Origin: Pristiophorus japonicus
Lineage: Eukaryota
Length of the DNA stretch: 64,000 nucleotides
Reading direction: 5' to 3'
NCBI RefSeq assembly: GCF_044704955.1
Contig: NC_091995.1
Span: 76,508,001-76,572,000, forward strand
Part shown: positions 10,707 to 23,762 of the stretch, one piece after another
Numbering within the stretch: the stretch's first letter is position 1
Layout of the letters: every line of letters begins with the position of its first letter
The notes under the pieces: generated by a model
The model's database searches: none
What the model saw: the letters and a program-made list of their open reading frames with translations, nothing else
Told to the model about the DNA's origin: nothing
Program-made: the position numbers and the translations under genes

Positions 10707-11783
10707 AATGAAATTGGTTTGTTGTAAAAACCCACCTGGTTCACTAATGTCCTTTAGGGAAGGTTACCTGGTCTGGCCTATAGGTGATTCCACACCCACA
10801 GCAATGTGCTTGACTCTTAACTGCCCTCTGAACTGGCCACTCAGTTGCCCACTTCAAAATACTGCAGCAGTTCAAGACGGCGGCTCACCACCACCTTCTC
10901 AAGGGCAATAAATTCTGGCCAGTGACGACCACATCCCGTAAAGGAATAAATAAAAGAGCAAGCTTCTATGCAAACTATTGTGGATCTGCGGTTATCTGAG
11001 CTTCACTAGTCCAATTACGTGACAAAGCTCACACTGAAGAGTACACATGCAGAGAATAACTATGAAAACACAAACTAATTCACATAAAAACAACAGCTCG
11101 GACACAAAAGCAAATCAAAATTCATCTCCTGTTAAAAATATAGTGTTGTCTCCCTCCATTTAAGCTTGGACCCTGGTCAGTCCCCAACTGGACAACCTGA
11201 GTCTTTTCCCATCACTAAGGAGCCAGTTGCTAACAAGTGTGAGGCGAACAGTGTGCCAATTTTTCCCTCTTCCTGTTCTGGCAGTCAGAAAAAATGATGG
11301 AGGGATAAGGCCATTGTTACCGATCCCTGTTCAGTATGTATTACCAGTGTTTGGGATGGTCGGCCTAGGGAGGTATTTGAGGCTGGTAACACCAGTAATT
11401 CTATAAGGAAGTTGGGCAAGAAAATCAATTGAGAGATATAGGGAGTGAACAGTGTACTGTATTCTGTTTTTGAACCATGGGTCTAGTCAGATGTGCCAAA
11501 ATGGTCATTTCTGGTCCGATCCACTGAGAGGGGACAGAAAAGAAAGTATACAAGAAAAAGAAAAACAACATGAAAGTTTGATGAACAGTTCCTTTACTTT
11601 CTTGTGAGATTATGCTGTAGGTGCTGGGAAAGTCCTTGGCTGTTTTTTCTGCAACAGAACAGTGTTGTGAAAATGTGGCATCACAGGTAAAATAACATAA
11701 CCCTGTAAACCACATCCAGCTGTATAAATCAGGGCGGTGAGGAATTTAGTCAAGTTCCAAGCTTGTGGGAAATGTTCAACAAC

Positions 11784-12000
11784 AACTTGCATTTATATAG
11801 CACCGTCAATTTAGTAAAACATTCCTCGGCACTTCACAGGAGCATCCTCAGATAACATTCGACACCAAGCCACAAAAGGAAATATTGGGACAAGCGACCA
11901 AAAGCTTGGTGAAAGAGGTAGGGTTTAAGGAGCGCCTTAAAGGAGGAGAGAGAGGTAGATAGGTTTAGGGAGGGAATTCCAGAGCTTACAACCTAGACAT
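11784..12000 (-). mobile_element. L2 LINE 3' end
   Basis: caacaacaacttgcatttatatagcacc...tttaaggagcgccttaaaggaggagagag is the reverse of the L2 tail. Confidence 0.7.
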
Positions 12001-12004
12001 CCAA

Positions 12005-12367
12005 AGGGACTGAACAGGTTAGATGCAGGAAGAATGTTCCCGATGTTGGGGAAGTCCAGAACCAGGGGTCACAGTCTAAGGATAAGGGGTAAGCCATTTA
12101 GGACCGAGATGAGGAGAAACTTCTTCACTCAGAGAGTTGTGAGCATGTGGAATTCTCTACCACAGAAAGTTGTTGATGCCAGTTCGTTAGATATATTCAA
12201 GAGGGAGTTAGATATGGCCCTTATGGCTAAAGGGATCAAGGGGTATGGAGAGAAAGCAGGAAAGGGGTACTGAGGTGAATGATCAGCCATGATCTTATTG
12301 AATGGTGGTGCAGGCTCGAAGGGCCGAATGGCCTACTCCTGCACCTATTTTCTATGTTTCTATGTTT
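12005..12367 (+). mobile_element. CR1 LINE 3' end
   Basis: MFPMLGKSRTRGHSLRIRGKPFRTEMRRNFF...; tail ttctatgtttctatgtttc. Confidence 0.9.
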
Positions 12368-13097
12368 CACGATATCCACTTGAATTGTGAAAAATAGTTG
12401 TACAGTTAAGAGTTCAGATTTTGTTCTTCCAATCTTGGGTTGTATTTTTGAACTACTGTGAGGTACAGGTGCTTACAGGATGATCACTGGTGACAAGGAA
12501 TTAAGAGTGCTGCACAATAACTACAGGTTTGACTTTTACCACGGCATATTGGTACCAAACTATACAATATTAAATATCTTGTATCTGCAGGCACTGCCCG
12601 TCACCTTTCTCCATGATAAATTTGTGCCTGTGTAAACTTGTCAATGTTGTCAATACATCCTGCCTCACTGTGGAGGTGCTGCAGCATCACAACTGGCAGG
12701 AGGGCGTCATTACCAGTTCACACAGACAATTTCAAGGATATATTGTGGAGATAGGAAACTTCTAATAGAAATATTAAAACAATGGTAAGAATGCACGACT
12801 GCTTCGCCTGAAGTCTACATTTGGCTTGACTCAAGTGTGAAACACCACAGGAGATCGACTAGTACAAATCCAAGTACAATAATTTGCTTCTCCGGTCACA
12901 GCGAGAGCATTAACAGAGTGCTAACTCCTGGCCACATTCCAGTAAACCCGGATGGAAAGTGTGCATCCGTATACGGAGAAGGGGGCAGGAAGAAGGGGCA
13001 GGTTGGGTTTAGCTATGTCCCTCTGTGGTCGAATCACATGCCAACTGTCAGGATTCAACAATCACTTCAGAGGTAGCAGAGAAATTAAAAAAAAAGA

Positions 13098-13532
13098 GAA
13101 ACTCTGACATTTCTATAGCGCCTTTTACAACCTCAGGACGCTTTACAGCCAATGAAGTACTTTTTGAAGTATAGTCACTGTTGTAATGTGGGAAACGCGG
13201 CAGCCAATTTGCACACACCAAGCTCCCACAAACAGCAATGTGATGATAATCAGATAATCTGTTTTAGTGATGTTGATTGGCCAATATTTATTCCTCAGAG
13301 AACCAAGGAGAATACTGCTGCTCTTTGAATTAGCGCCATGGGATCTTTTACCGCCACCCGAGAGAGCAGACGATGCCTCAGTTTAAGGTCGCATCTGAAG
13401 GCACTTCTGACAGAGCAGCACTCCATTGTAGTGTCAGCTTAGATTTTTGTGCCCAAGTCTCTGGAGTGGGACTTGAACCCACAACCTTCTGACTCAGAGG
13501 GGAGAATGCTGCCCACTGAGCCACGGCTGACA
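13098..13532 (-). mobile_element. Full-length Deu-domain tRNA SINE
   Basis: Head (reverse) ggacttgaaccc (B box) and ccactgagcca (A box), Deu core, L2-like tail. Confidence 0.8.
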
Positions 13533-13729
13533 TTATCTGTGAAACTGTACTCGGCAAGAACCAATGCAGTTAGATGACATTCTTTTTTTTAAAAAAAAAA
13601 GCAAAATGCAATGCAGGATTAAGTCCGAAGAAGAAAGACTTGCACTTATACAACACCATCTCACATTTCTCAGAAACTTCCCAACTTACCACACAGCGAA
13701 TTACTTTGAAGTCCAGTCACTGTTACATG

Positions 13730-15415
13730 GGAACAGGAGGAGCCCCTCAAGCCTGTTCCGCTATTCAAGGAGATCATGGCTGATCTGCAACCTGACTCCA
13801 TATACCTGCCTTTGCCCCATATCCCGAATACCTTTGGTTAACAAAAAGCTATCAATCTCAGATTTAAAATTACAAACTGATCCAGCATCAATTGCTGTTT
13901 ACGGAAGGGAGTTCAAAACTTCTACCATCCTTTGGGCTAGATTTTCCAGTTTTTGCGAAAACGGTAGTTTTACTCCAAAATTACCGGTTTCGCTGCGCTA
14001 CCGTTTTTAGGCCAAACTTTCGGCCTTTACATCTGCGCCACATCGGTTAAGATCGGCGCTGCACGAGGATTCGCGGCGCAAACTGCGAGTTTCGGCAACT
14101 TTAGTCCGGGGCCGGTAGCGCTGCAAGAGGCACCTTTGGGGGGGGGGGTAAACATTCACAAAACATAAAAAAAACCCTTACCTACTAAATCGCTGCAAAA
14201 TAATTAAAAAATAAAAACTTTAACTTACCCGTTTGCAGGTCTTCATACTGCCCGCTGCTGGCAGGGCTGCAGCGACAGGTTTGACCATGTCGGTATTCTG
14301 GGCATGGCGTACGGGTCCAGAGAGAGCCGAAAGAGTGATTCAATCTGCATCGTTGCACGTTGACGCACCTCACCCCGGCGGTATGTGGAAGCGCCACCGC
14401 AAGGAGGTCACAGAGGATCCCGTCGACTGGGTTTTTGCTGCGGTGGGTCAAATCGCGGCAAAAACCTGGTCGCAAAGTCGGTGAAAATCCAGCCCTTTGA
14501 GTGTAGAAGTGTTTCCTAATCTCACTCCAGAAAGGTCTGGCCCCAAGTTTTAGACTTTGCCCCCTAGTCCTAGACTCCCCAACCAGCAGAAATAGTCTCT
14601 CTATCTACTGTATCTGTTCCCCTTAATATCTTGAAAACTTAAGATTAGATCATCCCTTAACCTTCTGAATTCCAGGGAATCCAACCCTAATTTGTGTAAC
14701 CTCTCCTCGTAACTTAACCCTTGAAGTCCAGGTATCATTCTCGTAAATCTACGCTGCAGTCCCTCCACGGTCAATATATCCTTCCTAAGGTGTGGTGCCC
14801 AGAACGGCTCACAGTGCTCCAGGTGTGGTCTAACCAGGGTTCTGTACAGCTGCAGCATAACATCTACCACCCCCTTATATTCTAGCCCGCTATATTCTAG
14901 CCTTTGTGATTACTTTCTGTACCAGTTCGTAACATTTTAATGATCTGTGTATCTGGACCCCCAAGTTTCTTTGGACCTCTACTGTTTTTAAACATTTCAC
15001 CATTTAGAAAGTACCCTGTTCTATCCTTTTTAGGTCCAAAGTGGATGACCTCACCTTTGATTACTTTGAAATCCAGCTTTACAGTTTTGCCCATCTATCA
15101 ATATCACTTTGTAACTTCATGCTTCCATCTGCACTGCCTACAATGCTGCCTATCTTTGTGTCATCTGCAAATTTGGATCTGTGGCTCTCTATCCCATCAT
15201 CTAAGTTGTTAATAAATACTGTGAATAGTTGAGGCCCCACCACAGATCCCTGTGGGCACCACTAGTCACGTCCTGCCAATTTGAGAACCTACCCATTATC
15301 CCTACTGCCTGTCTCCTGCCACTCAGCCAATTTCCTGACCAGGTCAATAATTTGCCCTCAATTCCATGGACTTCTACCGTAGTTAACAGTCTCTTATGTG
15401 GGACTTTATCAAAAG
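13730..15415 (-). mobile_element. Degenerate CR1 LINE inserted in a SINE and itself interrupted by a MITE
   Basis: Minus ORFs FDKVPHKRLL, EVIHFGPK, LVRPHLEHC; SINE pieces at ~13630-13730 and ~15420-15700 flank it. Confidence 0.8.
13934..14495. mobile_element. PIF/Harbinger-like MITE
   Basis: TIRs gggctagattttc / gaaaatccagccc; 3-bp TSD TTT (13931-13933, 14496-14498); CR1 sequence rejoins across it. Confidence 0.8.
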
Positions 15416-15749
15416 TAGCAGTCACATATTGCACAGCAGATTTAATAACCAGTTAATCTGTTTTTCGGTATTGATTGATGGAATTTGGCCAGCATGCCAG
15501 CTTAGCACCCTGTTCGACTACAAATAGTGCAGTAGAATCTTCAACATTCACCTAAACAACTGGAACAGGCGGATTGGGTCTCTGTTTAACATCTCATCTG
15601 GAGCACAGCACCTCCAACACTACTGAAGCACTGCACGGAAATGTCAGGATAAATTATTCGTTCTAGTCCTGGAGTGGGAATCTGGTTCAGGAGGTAAGAG
15701 TAACTCTGAGACCGCCCTGCCCCCCGCCACCCCCCCCTCCCCCAGCCCA

Positions 15750-16570
15750 TAGGAGCAAGGAGGAGGCTATTCAGCCCCTCGAGCCTGTTCTACCATTCTA
15801 TTAGATCATAACCTCAACTCGTTTACTCGCCTTAGCTCCATATCCCTCAACATCCTTACCTAACAAAACTTTTACCGATCCCAGTCTTGAAAGGAAAGCT
15901 ACAATTCACCCAACATCCACAGGCTTTTGGGGGAGAGAGTTCCAGATTCCCACCACCCTTTATATGAAAAGTGCTTCCTGATTTCCTGCCAAATGGCCGA
16001 GCTCTAATTTTAAGATTATGTCCCCTCGTTATTAGTTCCCCCACCAGGGGAAATAGTTTTGTTGTAGCTACCCACTCAAATCCGGGTAACATTTTCATCA
16101 CCTCAATCAGATCACCTCTCAGTCGCATATACTCAAGGGAATACAAGTCAAGTTTATACAACCTGTCCTCACAATTTACCCTTCGAAGCCATGGTATCGT
16201 TCCGGTGAATCTGTGATGCACCCCCTCCAAGGTCTATATACCCTTCCTAAGGTGCGGTGCCCGAAACTGAATGCCTGACCAAGGCTCTAAACTGAAGCAT
16301 AACCTCCTCCCCATTGTAATCCAGCCCCCTTGAGGTAATTCCATTATTTGATTGCTTTTTGTACGTGTGCACTAACTTTAAATGATGTGCGTACTTGGAT
16401 TCCCAAATCTCTTTGCTCCTCTACAGTTCCTAGTTTCTCACCATTTAGATGTATCTTTCTTGGGTCCAAAGTAGTTGACTGCATACGTGCCCACATTAAA
16501 CTGCATCTACCATAGATTCAGTGAGTGGGCAAAACTATGTCCCTTTGCAACTTCCTGCTCCCATCTGTAC
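15750..16570 (-). mobile_element. Degenerate CR1 LINE 3' part
   Basis: LYSLEYMRLRGDLIEV...TRGHNLKIR and CR1 tail. Confidence 0.8.
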
Positions 16571-17832
16571 GACTTACTCTCCCCTCCTGGCAACTAGCTC
16601 CCAGTGTCATTTTATCTGATCAAATGACATGTCCCAGATTGCAAAAAGGTGCCAGATGGACCAAGCAGGGCTGAAAGGAGCCGATACTGAAGTCCCAGGA
16701 AACCCCTTAAAAATGTCAAGAAACATGACAAATAAGGAAGCTGCTCCATAGAGAGTTTGAAGTGCTGGTGGTAAATAAGCAATCATCGCCCTGTGCTGTT
16801 TTTTTTGTTGAAACATTAACCATGCAGCTCTGGTCATCATATTTCTCCTGAAAAATAAACGATGGGACTTCACAAAATATTCCCAAAAAAGTTAATTAAT
16901 GCCAGAGCTGCAACTCACCGTGGAGAAAAAAAGAGACAGGATGAGCAAAGTCAGCTCTTTGCAGCTCCAGCCAAAATGCAGTGTGCACATTATACAACAA
17001 CTGTAATTAACGCTGCAAACCAAGAACTATCACCATAAACAACCTTTATAGGACTTCATTAAAATGGAGAATGTTAAATCTCATTGAGGTGCTAAATTAT
17101 TTTTGAAGGGTTTTGATAGGTAAATCAAGAAAATCTATTTCCATTGGTTGGTTAGTTGGTATTAAGGTATATAAATTTAAAACCATCTAAAAGGATGCAA
17201 TATATTTTTTAGTAAATATATTGTGAAAGCTCCAAGAAGTTTCACCTGGACAGAAGAGTAAGGGGGTGGGGGTGGAGAAAGAAACAAGGCGACAGTCACT
17301 GAGCAATATTAGCAAGTATTGGGGGAGGTGACTGAAAGCACGATTAGGCAGGTTGGTTTTGAGGAAGCTTTTGAAGATGGTGAAAGATGCAATAGAGGGG
17401 TTTAGGAAGAGAGTTACAGAGTGCTGGGCCTAATGGCTGTCGGCACTGCCACCGATGGCAGAGTGGAAGGAGGGCCATGGGGAATGGACAGCAGAGCAGA
17501 CATGGAAAAGCAAAGCATGCGAACTAATGTGTTATCTTGGAGCTCCTGTTGTGGACTTGTAGTTTTATGTTTGAATATTGAATCAATTGAAGGCCGAAGC
17601 CACTGTTTTCGGTCCCCAACACAAACTCCGTCCCCTAGCCACTGACTTCATCCCTCTCCCCAACTCCTATCTGAGGCTGAACCAGACTGTTCGCAACCTT
17701 GGTGGCATATTTGACCCTGAAATGAACTTTTGAGCACATATCTGCAGCATAACTAAGACCGCCTATTTCCACCTCTGTTACATCACCCGTCTCCGCTCTT
17801 GCCTCAGTTCATCCGCTGCTGAAGCCCTCAGT

Positions 17833-19177
17833 CATAAGAAAGAGGAACAGGAGAGTAGGACATATGGCTCTTCGAGCCTGCTCCGCCATTCAATAAGATC
17901 ATGGCTGATCTGATCATGGACTCAGCTCCACTTCCCCGCCCGCTCCCCATAACCCCTTATCCCCTCATCGTTTAAGAAACTGTCTATTTCTGTCTTAAAT
18001 TTATTCAATGTCCCAGCTTCTACAGCTCTCTGAGGCAGCGAATTCCACAGATTTACAACCCTCGGAGAGAAGAAATTTCTCCCCATCTCTGTTTTAAATG
18101 GGCGGCCCCTTATTCTAAGATTATATCCTCTAGTTCTAGTCTCCCCAATTAGTAGAAACATCCTCTCTGCATCCACCTTGTCAAGCACCCTCATAACCTT
18201 ATACGTTTCGATAAGATCACCTCTCATTCTTCTGAATTCCAATGAATAGAGGCCCAACCTACTCAACCTTTCCTCATAAGTCAACCCCTTCATCCCCGGA
18301 ATCAACCTAGTGAACCTTCTCTGAACTGCCTCCAAAGCAAGTACCGTATATACTCGCGTATCATGCGACTTTTGAAGACCTAAATTGTAACCTAAATTTG
18401 GGGGGTCGCATGATACGCGAGATACAAAATTTGCGGGTGTGAAGTGCTGGCCAAGATTAGGCTGTTAGGCTGTTAAGCAGACCGTATCCACGCTGAATCT
18501 CGGCAGGTATCTCCTGGGCTGGATTGCAGCCTCTATTGTCACTTGTACTGTATCTTTGCTGTGGTATATCCTTTCGTAAATATGGAAACCAAAACTGCAC
18601 GCAGTATTCCAGGTGTGGCCTCACCAATACCTTATATAGCTGTAGCAAGACTTCCCTGCTTTTATACTCCATCCCCTTTGCAATAAAGGCCAAGATACCA
18701 TTGTCCTTACTGAACTTGCTGTACCTGCATACTATCCTTTTGTGTTTCATGCACAAGTACCTCCAGGTCCCGCTGTACTGCAGCATTTTGCAATCTTTCT
18801 CCATTTAAAGAATAGCTTGCTCTTTGATTTTTTTCTGACACTTTCCAACATATACTCCATCTGCCAAATTTTTGCCCACTCACTTAGCCTGTCTATGTCC
18901 TTTTGCAGATTTTTGTGTCCTCCTCACACATTGCTTTTCCTCCCATCTTTGTGTCATCAGCAAACTTGGCTACGTTACACTCAGTCCCTTCTTCCAAGTC
19001 GTTAATATAGATTGTAAACAGTTGGGGTCCCAGCACTGATCCCTGCAGCACCCCATTTGTTACTGGTTGCCAACCGGAGAATGAACCATTTATCCCGACT
19101 CTCTATTTTCTGTTTGTTAGACAATCCTCTATCCGTGCTAATATATTACCCTCAATCTCGTGATCTTTTATCTTGTG
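17833..19177 (-). mobile_element. CR1 LINE 3' portion
   Basis: Minus ORFs 17922-18335 and 18457-18804 (LVRPHLEYCVQFW, RGDLIETYK). Confidence 0.9.
18344..18564. mobile_element. Tc1/mariner-superfamily (Tc2/pogo-like) non-autonomous insertion at a TA site
   Basis: Flanked by TA (18342-18343, 18565-18566) inside CR1 gcaag|ta|tatcc; left end CCGTATATACTCG; perfect 17-bp internal inverted repeat 18353-18369/18405-18421; right TIR not evident. Confidence 0.6.
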
Positions 19178-21339
19178 CCTTTGTTATCTCTAGAATTGAC
19201 GACTCCAACGCACTCCTGGCTGGCATCCCACATCCTACGTAAACTTGAGGTGATTCAAAACTCGGCTGCCCGTGTCCTAACTCGCACCAAATCCTGCTCA
19301 CCCATCACCCGTGCTCGCTGATGTACATTAAAACAACGCCTCGATTTCAAAAGTGTCATCCTTCTTTTCAAGTCCCTCCATGGCCTCGCCCCTCCCGATC
19401 TCTGTAACTTCCTTCAGCCCCACAACTACCCCCCCCACCCCCACTCCGAGATATCTGCGCTCCTCTAATTCTGCCCACCTGAGCATCCCTGATTATAATC
19501 GCTCAATCATTGGTGGCCGTGCCTTCTGTTGCCGAGGCTCCGAGCTCTGGAACTCCCTGCCTAAACCTCTCTATTTCTCTTTCCTCTTTCAAGACACTCC
19601 ATAAAACATACCGCTTTGACCATTTTTTGGTTCACCTGCGCTAATTTCTACTTATGCGGCTGGGTGTCAAATTTATAATCGCATAATACTCCTGTGAGGC
19701 GCCTTGGGACGTTTCACTACGTTAAAGGTGCTATATAAATACAAGTTGTTGTTGTTGTTGTAGGCCACAGTGGTGCAGAACTTTCCTAGCCCAAAGCCAA
19801 CCACTTCGTGCCCCTGAATACCTTGCTTCTCTGGTCCTGTGCTCTTGTACCCTACATTCTTGCTCTCCCCCCACCCAGCACAACGGGAGAGAGTCAATAT
19901 AAAGACGGAAACTGCAACACCAAAATCACTGGGAATTAGGCACGAAGCAGAGAAACAGTTACAGGAAGAGAGCCATTACCACGACTACTTATTTCTACCT
20001 CATCAAAAGGGATCATGCAGAGGTCGGGCAGAGAGAAGAAAATAAAGATTTGTAAACAAGGATGAGCATTTTGAGGTCAACGTGCAGAAACACGAGAGTC
20101 AACGGATGAGGAGCAAAAGGGCGACAGTTGAGCAGAGCTTGGTACAGGCTAGGGTATGGGCACCAATGCTCTGGGTTAGTTGGCGCTTGTAAGGGGTAGA
20201 ACTCAAGAAGCTAGAAAGCAGAGTGCTGGAAAAGGAGGAGAGTTTTAGCCAGCCATACTGCATGGAAGGGGGTGGGGGAGAAGATCACAACTGGCACACA
20301 TTATGTGACTAAGGTAGAAATAAGTAGTCATCTTCATGGCTCTCCTCCTGTAACTGTTGCTTCGTGCCCACTTCCCAATTATTTTGGTGTTGCAATCCCC
20401 ATCTTTGTTTGTATTGAGCCTCTCCCATTATATTGGGAGGAAGGAGTGTTGGAAAATAGGAAACGGGGTCAGAGGACCAGAGAATCAAGGAGAACTAAAT
20501 GGTTGGCTTTGGGTTAGGAGAATCGTGTACCGCAGTGGCCTCAGACACAGCACAGTAAGTCAACGACTGCAACTCTGGGAATGGAAGGCAAGGCCGGAGC
20601 TGGTGAGGATGACAGGGTTATGGAGGAGCAGTGAAGGCTCCTTGAAAAATACACACAGCAGCAGAGACAGGGGGTGGGGGCGTCTCGGAGAATTAAAAGA
20701 GGGGACACAGAAAACTGGCATGGTGTTCAAAGGCCTTTAGCCCTTTTTGTTTTGAAAGTTGGAACTTGTTTTTGTGACAATGTGGAATTTGAGAGATAAT
20801 TAAATACGCTGCATACTTGAGAGTGTTTAAGTGTTTCTTTGATTGTAAAATTGGAGCCACTCATTAAAAAGCAACACATCAGCACATTCCCCTCCCTAAG
20901 GACATGTTGGACATGTTCCCACATCCCACAGACTTGTGACAAATTCAAAAGATAAATGTCTCCCATTTTTCTAAAGGGATATATAGACCAATAATGAGAC
21001 TTTATGTGGCTGTTTTCCGTACCTTCCTTCCCTTTAATGCACAATAAAACCCCACATTTGAGAACAAACTGAACGGTTACAGCTCAATAGTTGGATCACC
21101 AATGGCTGTACTAAACTTTCCAGCGAGTTTATGCCAGATCAGGGACCTTGAACACGGAGCTGTGCCTTGTGCTTTAATCAGCACTTTGCCCTCGACCGCA
21201 GTTTGAAAAACACTCATTAGAACCATAAAGATCCAGTGACCTAGTTGCCAACTCTTTTAATTAGGAGCAAATATGCAGGGAAGTAACAGACTGCAAAGAG
21301 AGATGGTTACAAAAATAATCAAGACACAAAAATACTTAC

Positions 21340-21363
21340 ATTTCTCACACAATCGCCCAATAG
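21340..21363 (-). CDS. PHF5A: PHF5A (SF3b subunit, PHD finger protein 5A) coding exon 2, 24 nt
   Basis: Minus: ttttttatgttacag|CT ATT GGG CGA TTG TGT GAG AAA T|gtaagt = (A)IGRLCEK(C); phase matches exon 1. Confidence 0.93.
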
Positions 21364-21654
21364 CTGTAACATAAAAAAAGAACTCAAGTCAGATGAGGAT
21401 TGACGTTTTGCAATGAAGTCTGATTTATTTTTTGCTGAGATATAAGTAGTATTTGTGAAATGCATGAGAGAAACTTTCTAACAGGCACAGGTTCAGTCAG
21501 GCAACGGAGGGTGTGGGGAGAGTAGACAAAGAGAACAATTTCTGACATTCACTTATTTACAGCAATACGAGTGAACAGTGAAAATTTCCCCCTGGGCGTG
21601 GTGCCCTGCTTGCATTGTACACTCTCTTGAAACAGTGATCTACAGGGAGCACGA

Positions 21655-22013
21655 TCGCCCCTCCCTATCTCTGTAGTCTCCTTCAGCCTCACAATTTCCC
21701 CCCTCGCCCCTGGATGTCTGCGCTCCTCAAATTCTGCCTTCTTGAGAATCCCCGATTACAATCGCTCAACCATCGGTGGTCGTGCCTTCAGCTGCCTGGG
21801 CCCCAGGCTCTGGAATTCCCTCCCTAAACCTCTCTGTTTCTCTTTCCTCCTTTAAGATGCTCCTTAAAATCTACCTCTCTGACCAAGCTTTTGGCCATCT
21901 GGCGTAATTTTTTATGCGACTCGGTGTCAAATTAATTTTTGTGTGTCTTATAACACTCATGTGAAATGCCTTGGGACATGTTACTACTGCTATATAAATA
22001 CAAGTTGTTGTTG
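21655..22013 (+). mobile_element. L2 LINE 3' end
   Basis: Homologous to 60-497; tail gctatataaatacaagttgttgttg. Confidence 0.75.
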
Positions 22014-23319
22014 TACTAACGGACTATATTCAACAGCAGCAGGGTGAGACTTTTACGAATGAACCTTTGTGCACTGCACAAACAAATAGATACATGGCAC
22101 TGCCCAAGAAAAGGGGGAAAGAAAAGTTCAGGCAGAGCGATCCATCTGGGTCTGCCCTGCCCATGTCCCGATGACCAGTTCGGAACAGTACTGATGACAC
22201 TATGGGAGCAGGATGGTGCTTGGCGGAAGAAATTACAAACAGTGGGAATTTTAGTTTCAGCAACAAGCTAGAGTGGCATGGCTAAGTAGGGACTTGGAAT
22301 CAGGTCACCGGCTGAGCTCACGGAAAAAACAGTTACCTTTAGGTGAGCTTCTGGTTCTTTAACCTTGTCCTGCCAGGTACAGCCATAAAACTTCCAAGGC
22401 AGAATGGAGTCTGTCACATTTCTCTCAACCATTTTGTAGCTCATCACCCGCTTCCTGTAGTTATCGAATGCAGACACAGCAGTTATACTGCCGGCTACCC
22501 GCAGGCAAGCACAGATTATTATATAGAACTGTTTCAAGTATACTGTATACCAGTGGTCTGACATTAGTCATTAGAGCATAGTTGGAGTACTGTGTTCAGT
22601 TTTGGAATCCACACTATAGGAGGAAAGAGAAAGGGCAAGTGCAGACTCACGAGGATGATGCCTGGCATAAAAACAGATGATTTCATTCGAACAGAGCAGA
22701 TTGAGGTGTAATTTGATAGAGGCATTTAAAATTATAACGGGAGCAGACACAGAGTAGACAGAATTAATTCCACTAATTAAATCCCATCATGGCTTGCCCC
22801 TCCCCATCTTGGTTCCTTCCTCCAGCCTTACAATGCTCAGAACACTTTATTCCTCTGACTCGCAGCTCTTGTGCAACACCTCCCCTTCACCCCACCGTCG
22901 GCAGTTATGCCTTCAGCTGTCTGCTCCCCACATTCAGGAATCCCCACCCCCCCCCACCCCGAACACATCTGCCCCCTCCTGCAAGACTCTCCTTAAAGCC
23001 CATCTCTTCCACCAAGTTTTTAGTTACCCCTCTTAGGATGTCCTCCTTTGGCTTGACATCTATGTTCATCTGATTATGCCTACATTAAAAGCACTATATT
23101 AAGACAAGCTGGTGTTGATTTAGGGGTCTAGAAGAAGGGGACATAGATACAAGATTAAATGCAAGAGATTTAGGACAGAGAGCAGGAGAAACTTTACAAA
23201 AAGTGTTGTGAGGCTGTGGAATTCATTGCCAGAGTTAGTGACTGAAGCAGCAACCAGGCCAATGTTTCAAGAATAAGTTAAGGGAATAAATGGATATACG
23301 AACAGAGAAAGACAAATGA

Positions 23320-23598
23320 AAGACTTGGATTTATATAGAGCCTTTTATGACCACCAGACATCTCAAAGCGCTTTACTGCCAATGAAGTACTTCTGAAGTG
23401 TAGTCACTTTGGTATGTAGGAAACGTGGTAACCAATTTGCGTACAAACAGCAATGTGATAATGACCAGTTAGTATTTTTTGGTTTTGTTATGTTGATTGA
23501 GGGATAAATATTGGCCAAGACACTGGGGATAACTCCCCTGCTCTTCTTCAAAATACTGCCATGGGATCTTTTACGTCAACTTGAGAGAGCAGACGGAG

Positions 23599-23629
<31 letters not shown>

Positions 23630-23762
23630 ACCTCCGACAGTGCAGCACTGCACTGGCGTGTTAGCCGATATTTATATGCTCAAGTTCCTGGAGTGGGACT
23701 TGAACCCACAACCTTGTGACTCAGAGTCGAGAGAGTGCTAACCACTGAGCCACAGGTGACAC
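23320..23762 (-). mobile_element. Full-length Deu-domain tRNA SINE
   Basis: A/B-box head, tgccatgggatctttt core, L2-like tail. Confidence 0.8.

Larger units (their letters stand above)
6616..10955 (+). mobile_element. tRNA-headed SINE split into three pieces (6616-6633, 7393-7538, 10707-10955) by nested insertions
   Basis: Head ggtagcatagtgg|ttatgttactggactagtaatccag...gggttcaaatccc (A/B-box-like); body resumes at 10707 and ends with ccaccaccttctcaagggcaataaattctggcc; related minus copy near 44880-45362. Confidence 0.6.
17625..19760 (+). mobile_element. L2 LINE 3' portion split by a CR1 (pieces 17625-17832 and 19178-19760)
   Basis: gctgctgaagccctca|...|gcctttgttatctctagaattgac continues across the CR1; L2 tail at ~19730-19760. 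Confidence 0.75.

Noticed and set aside
12591-12784. Possible plus-strand exon (ctgcag ... gtaaga)
   Set aside because: The frames I translated contain stops and resemble no protein I recognise; splice-like motifs of this kind occur by chance.
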